Assembly (NCBI GenBank): GCA_036280855.1
Contig: DASUPZ010000239.1
Coordinates: 1 to 39,511 of the forward strand
DNA length: 39,511 bases
Direction of reading: 5' to 3'
Source of the DNA: Pyrinomonadaceae bacterium
GTDB lineage: Bacteria; Acidobacteriota; Blastocatellia; Pyrinomonadales; Pyrinomonadaceae
Shown here: piece by piece, positions 33,167-39,511 of the stretch
Position numbering within the stretch: position 1 is the stretch's first letter
How the letters are laid out: the number at the start of each line of letters is the position of its first letter
The notes under the pieces: model-generated
What the model was told of the DNA's origin: nothing
Databases searched by the model: none
What the model saw: the letters and a program-made list of their open reading frames with translations, nothing else
Made by a program: the position numbers and the translations under genes

Positions 33167-33812
33167 CCGCGACACGGACCTCGCCATTCTTGCAAACTCC
33201 GCGAATCTTGCCAGGCTCAAGCAATCTTTAACAGATCTGAAAGCTGAGGTGATCGCGGTGCCTCCATTCGAGGCAAAGTATCTCCGCAAAGGCCATGCCG
33301 TTCACTTCAGGTGTAATCATGCTGAGGCGCTCGGCATGAGAGTTGACGTGATGACGAAAATGCGCGGTGTCGATTCCTTCGCAAAACTTTGGACCAGACG
33401 TACAACTATTGAAGTAGATGGGTTAAGGATAAATCTGATGGCTCTTCCGGACCTCGTTCAAGCAAAGAAAACTCAGCGGGATAAAGATTGGCCCATGGTC
33501 CGCCGTTTGGTCGAGGTAAACTATTTTGAGAACCGTGGAAATCCGACCGAAGCGCGAATTAAATTTTGGTTTCTCGAATTGAGAACACCAAAGTTGCTAA
33601 TCGAGCTGGCGACGCACACTCGAATACCACCGCAGCTGTTGCGACAGAGACCACTCCTGAAGACGCTGAAACTTGAAGACGAATCGCTCCTTGCAAAGCT
33701 ATTGATCGAAGAGGAAGAGAAAGAACGCGAAGCAGATCGCGACTACTGGAGACCACTTAAAAAGGAACTTGAGGCGCTCCGTCACCGTCGATCATCTACC
33801 GCAAGAACGTGA
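33108..33812 (+). CDS. Nucleotidyltransferase-fold protein (MNT/AbiEii-like minimal NTase family)
   Basis: VRALLMGGQACVFYGAAEFSRDTDLAI fits the GG-x-A-x-x-x-YG-x-x-R-x-T-x-D-x-D pattern. The later LPDLVQAKKTQRDKDWPMVRRL fits the L-x-x-K-x-x-x-x-R-x-KD pattern. The start is uncertain (GTG 33108 or ATG 33123); the annotated 32958 start is the alternate frame of the upstream ORF. Confidence 0.55.
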   Translation: MRALLMGGQACVFYGAAEFSRDTDLAILANSANLARLKQSLTDLKAEVIAVPPFEAKYLRKGHAVHFRCNHAEALGMRVDVMTKMRGVDSFAKLWTRRTTIEVDGLRINLMALPDLVQAKKTQRDKDWPMVRRLVEVNYFENRGNPTEARIKFWFLELRTPKLLIELATHTRIPPQLLRQRPLLKTLKLEDESLLAKLLIEEEEKEREADRDYWRPLKKELEALRHRRSSTART

Positions 33813-33864
33813 CGCCGGGCCGCCGTGATCGATGAACTAACTCAACGCGACGTGCCGGCTTGTG

Positions 33865-34242
33865 TTAGTAAGCGACGGTTTCGTCGTGACCGCCCTCGGA
33901 TGCGAGTTGTAATGCGGTTTTGCCGGCCTTGTTTTTTGCGTTGACGTCGGCCCGGGCGATGAGCAGTGCCGAGACGACGTCGTCATGACCAAAACGCGCA
34001 GCTTCGATCAATGCCGTATTGCCATCGGCGTCAACGCCGTTTACATCCACGTTCGATGAAGCAAGCAGTGTTTTTACGGTATCGGCGTTACCGCCTCTCG
34101 CCGCGCGCAACAAAGCTTCGGTCTCGGGCGTCGTCACTGGTTGTCTTGCTGTGTTGCAGCTAACGATGCACAGCGCGAGTGCGCCAATGAAAAATACCGG
34201 CCACCGCGTGTTGTGAAATCCCCTCATGCTCGTCCTCCGCAA
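33865..34242 (-). CDS. Ankyrin-repeat lipoprotein
   Basis: Lipobox-like ALCIVSC after a hydrophobic segment. Three ankyrin-type repeats (LLRAARGGNADTVKTLL..., DADGNTALIEAARFGHDDVVSALL..., NKAGKTALQLASEGGHDETV). Confidence 0.8.
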   Translation of the reverse strand: MRRTSMRGFHNTRWPVFFIGALALCIVSCNTARQPVTTPETEALLRAARGGNADTVKTLLASSNVDVNGVDADGNTALIEAARFGHDDVVSALLIARADVNAKNKAGKTALQLASEGGHDETVAY

Positions 34243-34357
34243 AAATGATCCTCTATACTACACGCAAATCGCCCGGTGGTAATAAGCCCGGAAATCACTC
34301 CACTTATATAATCAGGTAGTTCGATCCCGGTAATCTCAATCCCTTCGAGGTGCGAAC

Positions 34358-36661
34358 ATGAAATTCAAAACGATCCGCGTCCTTTTCCTCTTATCCGCGG
34401 TTGTCTCCACAATCTGTCAAACCACGCAAGCACAACCGTCAGCGGAAGACGCCCGCCTCGCGCGCCTTGCCGGACTCGCGAAGGTCTGGGGCACAGTGAA
34501 GTACTTCCACCCATACCTCGCCTACCGAGACATCGATTGGGACAAAGCCGTCGTCGAAGCGATCCCTAAAGTCAACGCCGCGAAAACAGCGCAGGAATAC
34601 CAGGCCGCCATCAACCAGATGCTCGCCGCACTGAACGACCCGAGCACTAGCGCCACAATCGAAGTCGAAGACGCAGTTCCCGACGTGACTGCCACGACTT
34701 TTCCTGCCGACTTTGAATCGAAACTCATCCGCACTGAAAACCAGGTGCTGTTGATCGACGCATCTCAACTCGCTAAAGCATTCGTGAAAGACAACGGCGC
34801 GGTCAATCGTCTCATGGCAAAAGTGAACCAGGCTTTGACGAACGCCACGGGCATCGTGATCGACGCGCGCAACACCGGCAAACCCGGCGACCTCGAAGCC
34901 TACTTTTTCGATCTACTAATGCGACAGATGCTGCCGTCGATGCTGGACACGAACGTGTCACTCTCATCGCAACGCTATCGCATGCATAACGGTTACGCTA
35001 CGCAAACCGGCGCCGGAGCCACCTTCTACTATTCAGCCTTCGTCAACTCTTCGCCGCACTTCATTCAGGGCCGAGCAAAAGCCAAAACTCCGATCGTTGT
35101 CATCGTCAACCAGCACTCACCTTCGTTCCCGGAGATTCTCGGAGGACTTCAATCCGCCAATCGCGCCCTCGTCATTCACGAAGGCGAGCAGCGACACGGG
35201 ACGGCCGGAAATCTGTTCAAGATCGAACTGCCAGACAACGTCAAAGTCCGCATGCGCACTTCAGAGATAATCAACCCCGACGGTTCAGTCGGTTTTCAAC
35301 CTGACGTCGTGCTGCCGGAAAACGCGAAGAGTGACGCAGCGATAAGAGAAGGAATCCAGGCGCTGAAGCAGACGAGGACCACTCAAAAGCCGGCGACACA
35401 GGCGCCCGCGTCGCAGGTGGCCCAAAAGGACAATCCTTACGCGGAAATGGAATTCCCGACCACCGAGTATCGACTGCTCGCGTTGTTTCGGTACTGGAAC
35501 GTGGTCAACTACTTCTTCCCGTACAAGCACCTGATCGGTGATTCATGGTCCACTGTCCTCGCTCGTTATATTCCGAAGTTTGAGGCAAACCGCGACGCCG
35601 CCGATTACCAGTTGACGGTGCGCGAGCTCGTCACCGAAATGCAGGACTCGCATGGCGGCGTTCGTAACGCAAATGCGGCAGCGGAAAAGCTTGGAACGTT
35701 TCTGCCGCCGGCGATGTTTGGTCACGTAGAAGGCAAGTCGGTCGTCACGAAGGTGCTTGACGACACGCTAGCGATCAAGGTTGGAGATGAAGTTCTCGCG
35801 ATTGACGGCGAACCGGTAGAGAAGAGGCGCGAGTTTCTCTCGCGTTACATCGCCACTTCAACGCCGCAGTGGTTGATGAAGCACGTTCACCTGCGTTTGT
35901 TGATGGGTGCGAAAGATACCGTGGCTAAGGTGCGCGTGCGCGATCCGAAAGGTGAAGTTCGCGAAGTGAGCGTCGCACGTTCGTTATCGCTGACGGATCC
36001 GAAACTATTTCAGGCAATGGAGCGCTCCACGCCGGTCATACAAGTTTTGCCGAGCGGATACGGCTACGTCGATCTCGATCGTTTGCAGGGCGCGGAGATC
36101 GGCAAGATGTTCGACACGATCAAAGACACGCCTGCCGTGATCTTCGACATGCGCGGTTATCCGAACGGCACGGCGTGGTCCATCGCTCCACGTCTGACGG
36201 AAAAGAGGAACGTTGTTGCCGCCCTGTTTTCACGCCCGCTTCTGGAAGCGACGAGCTTGAATACCAGCGATCTGGACCAGGCGAGTTATTCCTTCAGTCA
36301 AAAACTGCCGGAACCGCAAGGCGAGCCTTACAAAGGTAAAGTCGTGATGCTGATCAACGAAGACGCCATCAGCCAGTCAGAGCACACGTGTTTGTTTTTC
36401 GCAGCCGCGACTGACGTGACGTTCATCGGCACGCCGACCGCGGGCGCGAATGGCGACGTGACGATGATGGTCTTACCGGGAAATCTCCAGGTCAGTTTCA
36501 CCGGACATAACGTTCGGCACGCGGATGGGCGGCAGTTACAAAGAGTGGGAATCCAACCACACATCAAGGTCGCGCGAACGGTCCGCGGGATTATCGATGG
36601 ACGCGACGAGATTCTCGAAGCCGCGGTAAAGCACTTAAATGCCGCGAATCTTCGCAAATAA
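34358..36661 (+). CDS. Secreted S41-family (C-terminal processing / tricorn-core-like) serine peptidase
   Basis: Signal peptide (VLFLLSAVVSTICQTTQAQP), a PDZ-like segment (IKVGDEVLAIDGEPV), and the S41-type core VIFDMRGYPNGT ... VVMLINEDAISQSEHTCLFF ... FIGTPTAGANGD. Confidence 0.7.
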   Translation: MKFKTIRVLFLLSAVVSTICQTTQAQPSAEDARLARLAGLAKVWGTVKYFHPYLAYRDIDWDKAVVEAIPKVNAAKTAQEYQAAINQMLAALNDPSTSATIEVEDAVPDVTATTFPADFESKLIRTENQVLLIDASQLAKAFVKDNGAVNRLMAKVNQALTNATGIVIDARNTGKPGDLEAYFFDLLMRQMLPSMLDTNVSLSSQRYRMHNGYATQTGAGATFYYSAFVNSSPHFIQGRAKAKTPIVVIVNQHSPSFPEILGGLQSANRALVIHEGEQRHGTAGNLFKIELPDNVKVRMRTSEIINPDGSVGFQPDVVLPENAKSDAAIREGIQALKQTRTTQKPATQAPASQVAQKDNPYAEMEFPTTEYRLLALFRYWNVVNYFFPYKHLIGDSWSTVLARYIPKFEANRDAADYQLTVRELVTEMQDSHGGVRNANAAAEKLGTFLPPAMFGHVEGKSVVTKVLDDTLAIKVGDEVLAIDGEPVEKRREFLSRYIATSTPQWLMKHVHLRLLMGAKDTVAKVRVRDPKGEVREVSVARSLSLTDPKLFQAMERSTPVIQVLPSGYGYVDLDRLQGAEIGKMFDTIKDTPAVIFDMRGYPNGTAWSIAPRLTEKRNVVAALFSRPLLEATSLNTSDLDQASYSFSQKLPEPQGEPYKGKVVMLINEDAISQSEHTCLFFAAATDVTFIGTPTAGANGDVTMMVLPGNLQVSFTGHNVRHADGRQLQRVGIQPHIKVARTVRGIIDGRDEILEAAVKHLNAANLRK

Positions 36662-36723
36662 ACACGGATCTGATCTAAACTTTCCGACGTTTTGCCCAGC
36701 TGCGAGCACTCAGGAGGTTCCCT

Positions 36724-37821
36724 TTGAAAAAGAAACTTACGTGTGTCTTCATGTTCATGCTCATCGTCGCCGGCGCGACCTCAATTGCCGGCACTGCAAC
36801 AACCCAGGACAAGCCCACCATTGCCAAAGATTCCATTCATATCCGAGCGTTCACCTTCAACGTGTACAAAAAGAATTACGACGTTTGGAGCTGGGTGCCC
36901 GAGATGCGGTTCCGCATCAATGGTCCAATCGCGAGCGGTAGTCAGTTTTACGTGCAATTCACGCTTCCGACTGGTCCATGGGTGAAGTTTGACTGCCAAA
37001 CTAACAGCATCGAAAAAGGTTACTGGTGGAAAACGGAGTGTGGCGGCCGCCAGATTCCGGAAGACCAGAGCTCAACTTACACGGGCCCTGTTAACTTCAC
37101 CATCAAAATGCGTAATGAACTTCAGGGCACCGACGAAACGATGTTCACCGGCAAGATGAAAGTCGGAAAAAATAGATCTAATGAACACGGGCCGAAGGCT
37201 GTTAACAAGTTTGTGTACTGGGTGGACCATGATTCGAACCTCCCTATCGGTTACGTCTACCTGGAGGCCGACAGCGTACACGGCTGGAAGCTTCCGAGGT
37301 TCAACGCATCGTTCTGGGTCCGCGGTGATGCTTACAAATTGGAGCCGCATCTGTTCTACCAGGGCAAAGAGGTGGGCATAAAGTTTTTCCAGGGAACTGA
37401 AGTCGGCAAGGCCAGTTGCCAGGCGGAAGAAGAGATCAACCCAACGCACTACGTTGAGGATTCAGTTCCACAAAAAGCGAAGTGGGCGCGAGTGAAGTGC
37501 AATTTTCCAAACATCTTTGGCCGTAACGAGACTGGTGAAACGTCAAACATCTTCGGCGACACGTTCACGCTGAACACGAATCCCGGCGAATACGAAATCA
37601 AGGTGCTGTGGAACAATAAGCTCGCGAGATCGTTAAAGTTTACCGTCCAGCCCGGCGGCAAGTTTGACAACGGGATTGCGACAAACAACCAACTCGGCTC
37701 AGATCGCGTCATTGTTCCGGTGCAGATCATCGGCGATCAGGACGGCATGTGGAACAAGACGGCCTGGCAAACCGAAGCGTTTTACGGCAACCCGCTCAAA
37801 GGGTTCACGGCCCTGCCTTAA
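36724..37821 (+). CDS. Secreted hypothetical protein
   Basis: SD AGGAGG 8 nt before TTG 36724, signal peptide (LTCVFMFMLIVAGATSIAGTA), beta-rich and Trp/Tyr-rich sequence. I recognise no motif. Confidence 0.6.
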   Translation: MKKKLTCVFMFMLIVAGATSIAGTATTQDKPTIAKDSIHIRAFTFNVYKKNYDVWSWVPEMRFRINGPIASGSQFYVQFTLPTGPWVKFDCQTNSIEKGYWWKTECGGRQIPEDQSSTYTGPVNFTIKMRNELQGTDETMFTGKMKVGKNRSNEHGPKAVNKFVYWVDHDSNLPIGYVYLEADSVHGWKLPRFNASFWVRGDAYKLEPHLFYQGKEVGIKFFQGTEVGKASCQAEEEINPTHYVEDSVPQKAKWARVKCNFPNIFGRNETGETSNIFGDTFTLNTNPGEYEIKVLWNNKLARSLKFTVQPGGKFDNGIATNNQLGSDRVIVPVQIIGDQDGMWNKTAWQTEAFYGNPLKGFTALP

Positions 37822-37844
37822 CAAACGAAAATTGGGAGTGTTGT

Positions 37845-38282
37845 ATGAAATTTTTAGCAGTACTGTTTGCTTTAACGATCGGAGTGCTGGCGCTGGTCAA
37901 GTCAGCGCCACTGCAAACTGAAAACGCCGCGGCGCGCGTGCCGCTCGATAACTATATCCAGGGACATGCGACTGGCAACGGCGACTTCATGCGCAAAGCT
38001 TTTCATCCCGAAGCGAAGGTGATGGCGTTTCGCGATGGCAAGTTGACGAACATGACGGCCGAAGAATTTGCATCGCGTTTCAACGGCAAGCCCGCGGCCG
38101 ACGAAGCGCAGCGAAAACGGCGGATCGAGAGTGTTGAGATCACGGGTAATGCAGGTGTTGGAAAGATCGTGCTCGAGTATCCCACGGTCACGTTTACGGA
38201 TTACATGTCGTTGCTGAAGGTTGGCGACGAGTGGAAGATCGTCAACAAAGTCTTCTACGCCGAACCGAAACCGAAGTCGTAA
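37845..38282 (+). CDS. Secreted NTF2/SnoaL-fold protein (putative lumazine-binding family)
   Basis: Signal peptide (MKFLAVLFALTIGVLALVKSA). LDNYIQGHATGNGDFMRKAFHPEAKV...ITGNAGVGKIVLEY...DYMSLLKVGDEWKIVNKVF fits that small family as I recall it. ATG 37845 rather than the ORF maximum at 37749. Confidence 0.65.
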   Translation: MKFLAVLFALTIGVLALVKSAPLQTENAAARVPLDNYIQGHATGNGDFMRKAFHPEAKVMAFRDGKLTNMTAEEFASRFNGKPAADEAQRKRRIESVEITGNAGVGKIVLEYPTVTFTDYMSLLKVGDEWKIVNKVFYAEPKPKS

Positions 38283-38283
38283 A

Positions 38284-39511
38284 TCAGTTTTTATCCGCGT
38301 GATCCGTGGCTGGCTGTTGTTGCGCGCCTACCCGCGTCGCAGTGCGTGCGAGGCTGAAGAGAACGAAGCCGAGCGCGATACTCGACGCGGTAAGCACAAT
38401 GTAGATCAGCCACGGAGCGCGCTCTGTAAGCGGCAGCGGCTCCGGCTGGTATTCACGATTACCCACCACCTCACTCAATGAGCTTTGACCGGGCGTCGCC
38501 ACGATTCGCGCCGGCAGTTGCTTCTCGAAGTCGTAATGCGGCGCCTGCACTTTCGAATTCCCGAAGAAGAGTCGCAAAGGTCGTGACAGCGGTTCTTTCA
38601 ACTCAAACAAGAGCTGCCGCGCAGGCGCACTCGCCTCGATCGACAAGATGTTCAAAGTCGGATTGCTGTAGTCAGTGATTTGAAGTCGGATTTTGCGAAC
38701 AATCTGATCCTCATTGAACGTGATCTCGACCGGACGTTGAGGATCGTCACCAACATGTCGTCGTAACTCACCCGTGGCAATCAAACGCACGTTTTCCGGG
38801 TCGTCGATCGCCTCAACCTGAAATGGACGTGAGAACGACTGCTCCTCAAACTTAAGTCTGAGCCGATCGCACGGCGCGCGAGCACCGAGGTCGATGGTCC
38901 AAATGGATGCATGCGCGCCCTGGTTGCGCAGCAATTGATAAGACGGCACCTCCACCTGCCACGACGACAACATGCCCTTCTCGCGCACGGTCATCCACAC
39001 TTTCACTCCCGAGATCCGCGGCGCTTCTTCGTCCACAACCGGATCGCGCTGCACGCGCAGACGCAGGTAGCGATACCGGCTCGCGGGATACTGCACTCGC
39101 GCTGATTCCGCCGCGCTGTTCTGTGACGAAAAACTAAACAGCATGCCGTCGCTCGTCAGCGTTCGCCATTCGCTGCCAGAGTCGCTTCCCTGGACCTCGA
39201 CTTGTCGCCTGAAATTCGAGCCGTCAGTATAGATCTCGACTTCGTTGTGTTCGCCGGGATTGTCACCGGGATCCACCGAAACTTCACTGGTCCCTGAACC
39301 CGCGAGCGCGTAATTAAACTGACGAGCATCGATCTGGTATTTCTGATCTATCTCTCTTCGTATGCGAATCGCGTACGGCACCTCGCGGTTTGCACCGTCG
39401 AAAAGACGGAGGTCTGCAAGATCGGCGCGTGCTTTGTCCATCAGCTCGAGCGGCACCAGCACTTCATACAAACCCGGCGAGCTTTGCCGTGGCCTGACTT
39501 CAACATAGTAG
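38284..39511 (-). CDS. DUF3999-like protein with a C-terminal TM anchor (partial; 5' end beyond the right edge)
   Basis: The frame is open to the window edge (…YYVEVRPRQSSPGLYEVLVPLELMDKARADLADLRLFDGANREVPYAI…). Two beta-rich domains and a C-terminal TM helix (WLIYIVLTASSIALGFVLFSL) match DUF3999 architecture as I recall it. Confidence 0.5.
   Translation of the reverse strand, partial: YYVEVRPRQSSPGLYEVLVPLELMDKARADLADLRLFDGANREVPYAIRIRREIDQKYQIDARQFNYALAGSGTSEVSVDPGDNPGEHNEVEIYTDGSNFRRQVEVQGSDSGSEWRTLTSDGMLFSFSSQNSAAESARVQYPASRYRYLRLRVQRDPVVDEEAPRISGVKVWMTVREKGMLSSWQVEVPSYQLLRNQGAHASIWTIDLGARAPCDRLRLKFEEQSFSRPFQVEAIDDPENVRLIATGELRRHVGDDPQRPVEITFNEDQIVRKIRLQITDYSNPTLNILSIEASAPARQLLFELKEPLSRPLRLFFGNSKVQAPHYDFEKQLPARIVATPGQSSLSEVVGNREYQPEPLPLTERAPWLIYIVLTASSIALGFVLFSLARTATRVGAQQQPATDHADKN

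Overview
Gene-dense bacterial chromosomal window of about 39.5 kb, moderately GC-rich. Taxonomy cannot be set without a database search; the nested-palindrome REP repeats and the many secreted or hypothetical proteins are reminiscent of soil Acidobacteriota-like genomes, and that is only an impression. Positions 1-14.6 kb look like core genome: a secreted 5'-nucleotidase, an extended SDR reductase, a PerR / 2-Cys peroxiredoxin / CxxC-redoxin operon, DUF4112, an M1-type peptidase homolog whose HExxH reads HLVAH, a secreted HEAT-repeat::cyclophilin fusion, bactofilin, ttcA, a hypothetical protein, a TPR-like protein and nadE. A tRNA-Ser(UGA) at 14626-14710 is followed by about 12 kb of mosaic, gap-rich DNA (14.7-26.8 kb). 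This stretch holds two large-serine-recombinase remnants, a tyrosine-integrase remnant, a 3' stump of an FNR-like gene and a perfect 29-bp inverted repeat. It also holds two copies of a ~200-nt non-coding module carrying phased 20-nt direct repeats. Its intact cargo is a CNNM transporter, a membrane-protein + lipoprotein pair, a ~1157-aa metzincin-motif protein, and a leaderless papain-like (C1) peptidase followed by a stand-alone paralog of its own N-terminal domain. Positions 26.8-39.5 kb encode a 2022-aa thioester-containing alpha-2-macroglobulin, a small ORF overlapping a nucleotidyltransferase-fold gene, an ankyrin lipoprotein, an S41 peptidase, a secreted hypothetical protein, an NTF2-like protein and a partial DUF3999-like gene. 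I saw no rRNA, CRISPR array, cas genes, reverse transcriptase, intact transposase or integrase, or any known defence system. The most unusual items are the C1 peptidase / N-domain-paralog pair, the phased-repeat module, the tRNA-anchored decayed island with orphan secreted proteins, and the density of peptidases around the alpha-2-macroglobulin. All functional calls rest on motifs read by eye from the translations and need HMM or structure searches.
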